Shown here: piece after piece, positions 45,402 through 53,827 of the stretch
How the letters are laid out: every line of letters starts with the position of its first letter
How positions within the stretch are numbered: position 1 is the stretch's first letter
From: a virus
Direction: 5' to 3' (one strand)
Length of the DNA: 64,000 nucleotides
Virus record (IMG/VR): IMGVR_UViG_3300020601_000007
Location: 46,124 to 110,123 of that record
Notes under the pieces: model-generated
Told to the model about the DNA's origin: nothing
Seen by the model: only the letters and a program-made list of their open reading frames with translations
Databases searched by the model: none
Program-made: the position numbers and the translations under genes

Positions 45402-46879
45402 CAGTTCATCCCCTTCTGAAGAATTTGCTTCAAAGCACGCTTCTGAGTGCGGAGTTCCTTCGCTTTTGCTTTATCCTCTGGAAAGGTTGAGCCTTTGATA
45501 GCAGCCAATTGCTGGTCGATGTCAGAAATTTGTCGCTCAAGAACAGATGCTGCTGCCTGTGCTTCGTCGTCGTAGATGACCTTGCCTTCAAAGGACGCAG
45601 CAGCCTCTTGGGCTGCTCGCTCGCTCTCCTCCGCTTCAGTCAGTTTCCTGTTCGAGCGGTTAAGACTCTGGCGGAGCGTCTGCTGCGTTCGTCGAGCCCT
45701 TTGCTCGGTCATCTCAAGTTGGCCTTGTAGTCGCTCCATTTCCTTGGGAGGCTTTCCACCAAAGAGTCGGATGCGGTCGTAATGCTCGTCTGCGAACTCC
45801 TTTGCGACATCTGTTGCTTTGTCGACGATGTCATTCTCCCAACTGCCAGAATATGGGACCCTGTTAGCCGCTCGGGCTACGACCCTGTTTCGGACGTCTT
45901 CAAATTTAAGTTTGGCGACATCTGCTTCTTTCAGGCCAGTGGCTGGCCCGAGGTAAATGCGCTTGATTTCAGCAGCACTGATGAGTTCAACAACCCTTTG
46001 TTGGTTCTCATGATGCTGGTCAGCGATGCGCTGAATCCTGTCTGCGTCCCAGTTCACATCAAAGGCATCGGAGATGTCGTGGCGGGCTGGTCGGTCGAAT
46101 GGGACCATGCCACCTGCCATCGAAATTTTGCCGAACTCGCTGTGCTTTTTGATGCGCGCCATGGCCAGTTCTTGTGATTCCAAAAGGCCACCCAAAACGG
46201 TCTTCATCTGAATCCAAAACGACATGTTGGTGTTTCCTTTGAGGTCGAGGTGCCACTTACGGAGTGCTTCCTCGTATGCCATCAAAGCCTGCACCTGCTT
46301 CTCCAACTTGGTGATGTGCGGGGTGTCCTGCATTCCCGTGTATTGCTCCTTGATGTTGTCTACCGACCTGCGGATGTTGAGCATCTCGCTCGGACTCAAA
46401 ATGTCACGGAGGAGTGCTTCTTGCTCCCCTGAAAGTGCTGGGTTGGGGAAGTTGTCCTTCACCTTTTCGTGAAAGTTCAAAACGTCATTGTGCATTTCTC
46501 CGACCTTCGATTCGAGGACTCGCTGGTTCGCTGCGACGTCTGGTGGTGCTTCTCCCTCTTCCATGAACATCTGGAGGTCCACCTTTTCGGCGATGATTTG
46601 GGTCAACTTCTTGGCCGCCAGTTCACCAAGAATGTCTGAAAAACGACCAGCCTCTTGTTCAAACGCGTTAAACACCTTTTCGTCCAGTCCGGACGTTTTC
46701 TTGATGTTTTCTCGTTCAACGGCGATTGCTTTCTGAATCTCCTTGATGAGGTCTCGCTTGTCAGACGGGCTCAGATTCAGTGGCCCAAGCGAGTCGGTGA
46801 GGTTTTTGAATTCGTCCTTGGTGAAAGGGTCTGGGGCGAAAGTCCCCTCTGAGAAAAAAGGAAAGAGGTCTACCATCAC
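45401..46879 (-). CDS. Alpha-helical coiled-coil protein, 492 aa
   Basis: Heptad-rich; translationally coupled. Confidence 0.7.
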   Translation of the reverse strand: MMVDLFPFFSEGTFAPDPFTKDEFKNLTDSLGPLNLSPSDKRDLIKEIQKAIAVERENIKKTSGLDEKVFNAFEQEAGRFSDILGELAAKKLTQIIAEKVDLQMFMEEGEAPPDVAANQRVLESKVGEMHNDVLNFHEKVKDNFPNPALSGEQEALLRDILSPSEMLNIRRSVDNIKEQYTGMQDTPHITKLEKQVQALMAYEEALRKWHLDLKGNTNMSFWIQMKTVLGGLLESQELAMARIKKHSEFGKISMAGGMVPFDRPARHDISDAFDVNWDADRIQRIADQHHENQQRVVELISAAEIKRIYLGPATGLKEADVAKLKFEDVRNRVVARAANRVPYSGSWENDIVDKATDVAKEFADEHYDRIRLFGGKPPKEMERLQGQLEMTEQRARRTQQTLRQSLNRSNRKLTEAEESERAAQEAAASFEGKVIYDDEAQAAASVLERQISDIDQQLAAIKGSTFPEDKAKAKELRTQKRALKQILQKGMN

Positions 46880-48969
46880 GGACCCCCCAGATTTTGAAGT
46901 GCTGTGCTCAACGCTTGAAGTGCCATGAGCCGCTGGATTGCGGTGAGAGAGGGACCACCAGCCGGTGGAAGTGCCGTCAGGGTGTTGATAGCCGTTTGGA
47001 CGGTCTGACGATTTGCCCTCCCCTGTGATTGTGCGATTCGAGCAAGTCGTCGTGCAAGAGTGGTCACCGACACTGTTCCTGACGCATTCTGAATTTGAGG
47101 CAAGGACTTAAGCATCAGAGCAGTGACAAAGCGGATGTCTTCTGCTGATGATTCATATCCGTATTTGGTAATCGCGAGAGACACCGCTTCGAGCATGACG
47201 TCGCCCATTGAAACCGGATTTGTTCCACCCATCATCAGGTTGTTGAAATTCATGTTGCGTAAGCGCTGCTGTATCGCCAAAGTGTAGGCTTCAAAGGCCG
47301 GTGGAGGGGGAGCGACTGCTGCTGCTCCGCCGAGAGCAGCCATAGCAGCCGCAATATCAGTTTCAACTTGACCGCCGGGAATAAGGTCTGGGGCGGCGAG
47401 GTCAGCGATGGTGATGGTGATGGGGGGAACCGCTGCTCCCGCTGCACCGACAGGAACTGTGACTGTCTCTGGGCCACTGACATCGGCATTGAAATTGAAG
47501 TCGAGTGTTGCGTTGGCTCCCACGTTCGTGCGGTATTTTGCGACCACTTGCATGGCAGCAAGCACGAGAGAGTCCGGCCAATCGGTCGGTCGAGGACGCA
47601 TCCCCACCAAGTCCATCACCCAAACGACCGGTGGGAATTTTGCCTGACCTCGTTGCAGAATGTCTGCCTGCTGTTTGCTGGTAAGCGTTTGATAGGCTTC
47701 GACATAGGCTCCGGCATCGTCAGCAAGCGGGGCATCGGTAGCATCGACGAGCCCTGCTTTTGCGAGGTCGTCAAAGGCTCCAACGATAGCACCGATGTCC
47801 AACTTCTTGGCTCGCTCCTTGATGAAGTCCCAATTGAAGTCGCCACCGCGCTGTGAGCCACCGAGCATGTAGTCCCCGAGGAAGTCGACTGCGTATTTCT
47901 CGGGTCGTGCTGGCTGGGGACCAGCAGGACGCATACGCCGAGGTGGACGCAGTGCTTTCTCATTCTTGTCTGTCCGACGAACAAACGTCCCGCCTCGGTA
48001 TTGTGGTGGATTCCCTGCGTTCATGAAGAGGTCATTGACACGAGCAATCATGAACTCGTTCTCGAAGTAAGCATCATCTCGCTTGCTGAGTGTCTTCGGG
48101 TCAACAGGGGGAGGAAGGACAACGACACCGAAACCCGGGAAAAGGAACGCTGGGTGAGCATTGATGCTGAAGTCCTTCCCGTTGTAGAAGTCTGCTGGGT
48201 CAGTAGCCATGTGCTTGACCATGTAGTCGAACTCGCGTTGAAGCGCCTTTCCACGGATTTTGAGTTCCTTTGCGACGGGCAGAATGTGCTGGCGAATGTA
48301 TTCAATGGCCCTGCGGTTTGCTTCTGCCGCAAGCAGATACGGCGTGAAAGCAGAATCAACGAAGTTCCTGACTTCACCTGCGGTAGCAAGACCCTGAACG
48401 TTTGCCGCTGGTGCCATCGCCTCCTTGACGTATTTCATCATCGCTGCATCTGTCTCAGCGACCTCTTCACCCAAAAGTCGGCCACCGAAGGAACGGCCAA
48501 AGCCAATAGGAGGTGTTGGATTTCGCAGTGGGAGGGCGCCGCCCTTGTAATCGTAAAACCGAGCACGGAGAAGTTCTTCTGCCATAGGGGAGGAAGCCGT
48601 GAAGGCGTTGAGTGGGCGGGCCATCAGCATGGACAGCGACTGAACAGCACCGAAAAGACCGTGCTCTCGGACCATCGCTGAAACCAATGCTGGCTGCACT
48701 TCTTCAGGAAGAACGTGCGTTAGGTTGGTTGTGTGGCGATTGGCACCAAAGCGGCGTGAAGTGAACGTGGCTGGATGAGCAGGATTTTGCTTGACACTTC
48801 CGACGATTCGCACCTCAGTGGTGGTGCCGTTGGTCAAGTCCCCGAGTGAAATGGATTCACCGCTTGGATTCTCCAGTGCGTATTCACGGGAATCAGTGAT
48901 GCTTCGGACCCACTGGTGAGCCTTTCCGAGGGATGCTCCACGAAGGGTTTTGGGAACGGTGTGCATCAT
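46876..48969 (-). CDS. Large Ala-rich protein with N-terminal NP motifs, 697 aa
   Basis: LENP, KQNP, LRNP; PPPP linker. Confidence 0.7.
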   Translation of the reverse strand: MMHTVPKTLRGASLGKAHQWVRSITDSREYALENPSGESISLGDLTNGTTTEVRIVGSVKQNPAHPATFTSRRFGANRHTTNLTHVLPEEVQPALVSAMVREHGLFGAVQSLSMLMARPLNAFTASSPMAEELLRARFYDYKGGALPLRNPTPPIGFGRSFGGRLLGEEVAETDAAMMKYVKEAMAPAANVQGLATAGEVRNFVDSAFTPYLLAAEANRRAIEYIRQHILPVAKELKIRGKALQREFDYMVKHMATDPADFYNGKDFSINAHPAFLFPGFGVVVLPPPVDPKTLSKRDDAYFENEFMIARVNDLFMNAGNPPQYRGGTFVRRTDKNEKALRPPRRMRPAGPQPARPEKYAVDFLGDYMLGGSQRGGDFNWDFIKERAKKLDIGAIVGAFDDLAKAGLVDATDAPLADDAGAYVEAYQTLTSKQQADILQRGQAKFPPVVWVMDLVGMRPRPTDWPDSLVLAAMQVVAKYRTNVGANATLDFNFNADVSGPETVTVPVGAAGAAVPPITITIADLAAPDLIPGGQVETDIAAAMAALGGAAAVAPPPPAFEAYTLAIQQRLRNMNFNNLMMGGTNPVSMGDVMLEAVSLAITKYGYESSAEDIRFVTALMLKSLPQIQNASGTVSVTTLARRLARIAQSQGRANRQTVQTAINTLTALPPAGGPSLTAIQRLMALQALSTALQNLGGP

Positions 48970-48984
48970 TTTCTGTCTCCCCCA

Positions 48985-49443
48985 TCACAGCGCATACTTC
49001 GGGTCAATAACAAGATACCGGCTGTCGGCGTTCTCAACCCAGAGGTAGTTTTTGGGGGCGGGCAGGTTCTTGGACACGTGAGGCATGTCTGCCTTGTGCG
49101 ATGAACTGCTTTCGTTTTTCATGTCCTTGGTATGCATCGGAGAACCAAGTCCGAAAAGACGCGGTTGATTGCCAGTCTCTTTGAGGAGGTAAATGATGGC
49201 ACCCACCCCAACAAGGCCAACCAACGAACCCCGCAAAAAGGCCGAAGCGGCTGAGTCCTTCTTTTTGAACCCAAGACGGCCTTTGAGGAACTTTTCGTCC
49301 ACGATATTCGCTACTCCTGCTGCTCCAGCAAAGCCGCCAATCACTGCTGCTTGACCAAGGGTCCTTTCAGTTTCACGGCTCACGCCACGTGTGCCGCTCT
49401 CCCATATTCGTTGTATCAGTGGTGGTCCAGACAATTCACTCAT
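48985..49443 (-). CDS. Two-TM protein with FGLGS motif
   Basis: Hydrophobic helices followed by LFGLGSP. Confidence 0.65.
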   Translation of the reverse strand: MSELSGPPLIQRIWESGTRGVSRETERTLGQAAVIGGFAGAAGVANIVDEKFLKGRLGFKKKDSAASAFLRGSLVGLVGVGAIIYLLKETGNQPRLFGLGSPMHTKDMKNESSSSHKADMPHVSKNLPAPKNYLWVENADSRYLVIDPKYAL

Positions 49444-49447
49444 TCAT

Positions 49448-52219
49448 TCACTTCCTTTTGTAATACCGTCCTCGGTTCTTCCGGCGGATGCGGAAGAGAG
49501 AACGCTTCTTCGGGTTCTCTGCATAGATGGGCTCACCGTAAAGGGCGATGAACTTCTCCCATGCTGCCTTGATTTTCTTGTTGGCCGTGAATGGTTTGAT
49601 GGTCGAATACGAGCGACCGGTGTCTTTGTCGGTCACCCGAGCCTTCTTGAAAAGGATTTTTCCTGCTTTGCCCTTCTTGCGTGGCAACTGAATAATCCAA
49701 GGCATGCGTGTGCCACTGTCCTTGTGTTCGGCTTTCCAAGCAACGTAGCCAGCGTCCTCGAAGCCACCGAGCAAATCACGAAGACCTGTGTTGTCTGTCC
49801 CCGGTTTGCCAGCGATGGCCATCGTTCCCTTGGAACGCTTGGCGTTCTTCTTTTCTGCCGCAGTGAACTTGAACTGTGAAGGGTTGCGCAACTGAATGAA
49901 GAAGTGCTGACCCTGACCAACAGTCACTGGGTTGCTACGAGATGACTTACGAGCGGCATTGATTTCGTCCTGCGTCATGTCCAGTTGCCCCCACCCCATT
50001 TTGCTTGGGATACCGTAAGGGAAGAATCCGTCGTCTTGACCCGTGTAGTGGTAGACGATGATGTCCTGAAGGTCGCCACTGTTCGCCCAATCAACGTAAG
50101 AGGGAACATCAACGATGCTGGGTTCATTCAGCCTTCGGGCCGCGGTCCGAGCCGTTTCGTCGCTCCAGTTGACGTAGCCGTTGGACCCGTAGATGACATA
50201 GGGGCGAGGTCGATAAGCATCACCGCTCTGTGCTTTGCGAATTGCGGCATTGAGTGAAGCGACGTTGTTCATGCTGTGCTTACCAAGCGAGTCGTGCTGT
50301 GCCTTGATGACGTCAACCACTTCTTGTGGGGTCATTTTCGTGCCGCCGACGCGAACGGGGTTGGTCCTGACTGGAATCTGTCCGTAGCCCACCGGCATGG
50401 GCGGCATGGGCGGCATCTGAGGAGTCCGGACACCGGGGGTATGTGAAATTGCGAATATTTTGATAGGGTATCGCGGGGAATCCATATTCCTCTTTTCCCT
50501 TTCAATGATAGAGAACTTGCCGTTGTAAAGCCGCTCCAGTTCCTGCTCCACCAAGCGGATGTAATGCGACCTGTCGTGTAACTTGTCCTGTGCGAGCGAC
50601 GTCAGTATGTCGTCGAGGGCAAAATACGCATCCCTTTTTGCGAGGTTGGGGTCAGTGACCTCGTGGTCCATGAGGGCCTTGGGGAGTTCTACGCGATAGG
50701 TGTCCATGTTTCCTTGCTCCCTCATCGCTTTGTCCAACAGGTCCTCGAAATGCTTCTCATCCCAAGCGGCGACTTGCTCGAGAATCTTTTTCTGACCCTC
50801 GACATAGATTTCGTCCCGTCGGGCTGAACTGTCGAAAGCCATGTTGCTCATTACGCCGGGGTTCGGCTGAATACGACCACGGCGTGGGCGTTGATTGCCC
50901 TGCTGTGGTGGAGCGATGACCTGAGATGCCTGACGAAGTTTGTCCCCAAGTTTGAGGTAATCTCCGTAGGGTGTCAGATTCAATTTGACCTCACCGGTAT
51001 CAGTCAATCGGATGACGTGAGTCGGCGTTGCATCGCTCATGCTACGCACCTTGACCCACATTTCGTTTTCGTAGTTGTTCCTGTTGAACAAGGCATTGAA
51101 GTCCGTTTTGCCACCACTGAGAGGCCACTCCTTTTCGTCTTTACCGATTGACTTCGACACGATGTAGTGCACATCTGGATTTTTCGAGGCATCTGCTTTC
51201 TTCTTGTCCTTCGCAAATGCAACAGCGATGACAGTCCCTTCACGCGTCAGATGACTGCGACCGAGATGGTCAGTGTTGACTGAAAATCGGACTGCTGACT
51301 GGTAGTTGATGGGAGCCTGAATGAGAGCCGAGACGCCAGCACGAGCAGTCATGGTATCACCGATGTTGTAGGATTCAACCACACGCATCATCAGGTTGTA
51401 GGTCGTCAGTGCATCAGCCGCTGGGTTGCTGGTGTTCACTGCGTAGGTGCGTCCTTGGGCTCCGATACCCATTTCGATTTCCTTGATGATGGCGACTTCG
51501 TTTGCCTCGAGTGGGACGTAGCGGTTCAGGAATTCCTCATACACGGCAGCGCCCTCATCGGAGTGAAGGAGGTTGACCGAGTAGTAGTTGTAGTAGCGAA
51601 GTCGAATCGACTTGAGGATGTCCATCGCAAGGCGGAGCATCTCTCGGTATGCGGTGTTTGGTCGGCCACCCTTGGCGGTCACTTGCCCCGTAATGAGGTC
51701 ATACACCAATTCACCTTTGGCAGTCTCACTGCCGACGTTCACCAACGGGTGGTCAATCAAGCGGCGCTTGAATGCCTCGTGGGTGACATCGGTTCGCCAC
51801 TCTTCAGCGAACAGATACAGGGAGGCCTTCTCAAAATCGGAAACAGGGGCACTGAGTTCCGCAGCCACGTCCTGACCGTCCATGTTGTTGACGTAATTGC
51901 GCCATGCTTTCTCGGAAATCACGTAAGCGTAAGGTGAGGAACGAATGTCGTCTGCACGACCACCGAGCGCTTTGCCCAAGGCGGAGAACGCCTCAGAACC
52001 GACCCACCGCTCGCTACCACGGGCACCGGGAAGGCGAAGGGCTCGCCATGGAATTTGGAAGGAAGAGACAGCCTTTCGTGGGGGGTTCACTTCGACCATG
52101 GTTGGTGCTTGCTGTTCGTGCTGAAGGTCCTCGTCGCTGAAGAAAACGCCGCCCTCCTCGGACCCGACCATGTAGTCGTCATCTGTATCATCAATGTCAA
52201 TGCTTCGCCTCATCACCAT
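49448..52219 (-). CDS. NP-punctuated multidomain protein, 923 aa
   Basis: Acidic leader; EVNP, QPNP, RTNP, RSNP junctions; basic C-terminal domain. Confidence 0.75.
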   Translation of the reverse strand: MVMRRSIDIDDTDDDYMVGSEEGGVFFSDEDLQHEQQAPTMVEVNPPRKAVSSFQIPWRALRLPGARGSERWVGSEAFSALGKALGGRADDIRSSPYAYVISEKAWRNYVNNMDGQDVAAELSAPVSDFEKASLYLFAEEWRTDVTHEAFKRRLIDHPLVNVGSETAKGELVYDLITGQVTAKGGRPNTAYREMLRLAMDILKSIRLRYYNYYSVNLLHSDEGAAVYEEFLNRYVPLEANEVAIIKEIEMGIGAQGRTYAVNTSNPAADALTTYNLMMRVVESYNIGDTMTARAGVSALIQAPINYQSAVRFSVNTDHLGRSHLTREGTVIAVAFAKDKKKADASKNPDVHYIVSKSIGKDEKEWPLSGGKTDFNALFNRNNYENEMWVKVRSMSDATPTHVIRLTDTGEVKLNLTPYGDYLKLGDKLRQASQVIAPPQQGNQRPRRGRIQPNPGVMSNMAFDSSARRDEIYVEGQKKILEQVAAWDEKHFEDLLDKAMREQGNMDTYRVELPKALMDHEVTDPNLAKRDAYFALDDILTSLAQDKLHDRSHYIRLVEQELERLYNGKFSIIEREKRNMDSPRYPIKIFAISHTPGVRTPQMPPMPPMPVGYGQIPVRTNPVRVGGTKMTPQEVVDVIKAQHDSLGKHSMNNVASLNAAIRKAQSGDAYRPRPYVIYGSNGYVNWSDETARTAARRLNEPSIVDVPSYVDWANSGDLQDIIVYHYTGQDDGFFPYGIPSKMGWGQLDMTQDEINAARKSSRSNPVTVGQGQHFFIQLRNPSQFKFTAAEKKNAKRSKGTMAIAGKPGTDNTGLRDLLGGFEDAGYVAWKAEHKDSGTRMPWIIQLPRKKGKAGKILFKKARVTDKDTGRSYSTIKPFTANKKIKAAWEKFIALYGEPIYAENPKKRSLFRIRRKNRGRYYKRK

Positions 52220-53385
52220 TATCGTCCACCTCGAAGTGCCATGTATCCAAGCAAAGCAACGCCCGTTCCGAGCATCACCGTGTTGATGGTTCGTTCACCA
52301 AGGGGCCGCATTGGTTCAGGTGGACTCAATTCAAAGAATCCCTGCTCCGTGTCGGCGGAACCAAGACCACTGATACGACCGGCTCGGGTGTTTCGTGGTG
52401 GCGCTGCCTGCTTGTATTTTCGGTGAGTGGTAAAGTTGGCATTGTGTGAACGAGCCGCACGGCTGTTGATACCCACGAGACTCTTTTGGCTGGTGAACAT
52501 GCCACCGGCCATGTCGCTTGCGAAGGCGTGCATCTGAACGATACGGTGAATGTTTGCCAGATGCTTGTCAACCAGACGGAACTTGGCATCACGAACAGCA
52601 CCATCGAAGGTGGTTGCGTTGTTTGCCATCTCGTTCAGGATTCCCATGGCCTTTCCATTGTGCATGTTGATGACCTTGTGGTCGCTTTCCGTAAGGGATT
52701 TCTCAAGCGACTTTGCCTGCGAGATGAGGGAAAGGCGTTCAGCGTCCTTCTCCTGAATCATGACACTCATCATCTCAGCAGCACTCTTCTGTTGGAGTGC
52801 GGCCAATTGTGCTTCGATTTTGCTGACTTCACCGAGAGCCCACTTGGTGCAGGCTGCTGCTCCGTCGTCGCCGGTAGCACGCTGCATTTGTGCGTTGCAT
52901 TGGTCAACGATGCGAGCAAAGTTGGTGTCGAACTGGTTGCGGCGGTTGTCGTCCATGTTGACAAGCAACGAGTTGAAGCGGCTGGTGACACGAGAGATTT
53001 CAGCAGTGACTTTCGCTGTGCACTGTGCCCAAGCGCCACCATCACTGGCACTACGAGCACGTGGGAGTTCACCCAAGGCCGAAAGGGATTGACCTTCCAG
53101 TGAGCAAAGCGCCGAATCAATGCGCTCAAGAGAACGGTTCAGTTCAATACGGACAGCCGTGATGGTCTCTTTGCTTGCTCCTGCACGAACACGAGAAAGG
53201 GTTGCGTCAACCTCCTCTTGAATTGGGTCGAGGACTTCTGTCCCTCGCTTGCTGCTCATCCCGTAAGCAGTGATGTAGTCGTCCACCTTGTCGAGGTAAT
53301 TCTCGATGGCGGCGTTCAGTGCGTTTGCTTCAACCATTTTTTCACCTTCAATCGAATTTTCGGAATGCCTTTCGGGTGTCGCCAA
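52219..53385 (-). CDS. Helical repeat protein with LG motifs and C-terminal TM
   Basis: SALGE, SGLGS; VMLGTGVALLGYMAL. Start may be ATG 53337. Confidence 0.7.
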   Translation of the reverse strand: MATPERHSENSIEGEKMVEANALNAAIENYLDKVDDYITAYGMSSKRGTEVLDPIQEEVDATLSRVRAGASKETITAVRIELNRSLERIDSALCSLEGQSLSALGELPRARSASDGGAWAQCTAKVTAEISRVTSRFNSLLVNMDDNRRNQFDTNFARIVDQCNAQMQRATGDDGAAACTKWALGEVSKIEAQLAALQQKSAAEMMSVMIQEKDAERLSLISQAKSLEKSLTESDHKVINMHNGKAMGILNEMANNATTFDGAVRDAKFRLVDKHLANIHRIVQMHAFASDMAGGMFTSQKSLVGINSRAARSHNANFTTHRKYKQAAPPRNTRAGRISGLGSADTEQGFFELSPPEPMRPLGERTINTVMLGTGVALLGYMALRGGR

Positions 53386-53827
53386 TCAACCCCAAAACCG
53401 GGGAAGCAACAAATTTCAGGCCATACAGCCCGATTCCGATGGTGAGCAAGGTAGCAAGACCACCAAGGGCACTCTCGACTCCTTCATCGAGTTCGACACC
53501 GGGGATGTTGAACTTCACGAAACCAAGGTCTGACGCTGGTGCGGGAATACCGGAAAGGCCAGCGGACTTTCGGCGGCGCTTGAGATTCATCTGCGAACCA
53601 GTGCCGATTGGGGCGCGTTGCTTTGGTTTCACGACGAAAGGCTTCGGAGCACCTGCGAGGCCGTCAATCAACATGACTTGGCTTGCGGAGGTATCGAGGT
53701 CGTTCAGTCCGTTGATGAGGTAAATCTCATCGACCTGCGGAGCGCTGCTTGGAAGGGCACCGAGAGACGTGACATGGTCCGCCGAATACCGGTCAGTGAC
53801 ATCGGTAATCGAATACATTTTGCTCAC
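53348..53827 (-). CDS. Small TM protein with several GL motifs
   Basis: SLGA, NGLN, DGLAG, AGLSG. Confidence 0.65.
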   Translation of the reverse strand: MSKMYSITDVTDRYSADHVTSLGALPSSAPQVDEIYLINGLNDLDTSASQVMLIDGLAGAPKPFVVKPKQRAPIGTGSQMNLKRRRKSAGLSGIPAPASDLGFVKFNIPGVELDEGVESALGGLATLLTIGIGLYGLKFVASPVLGLIGDTRKAFRKFD

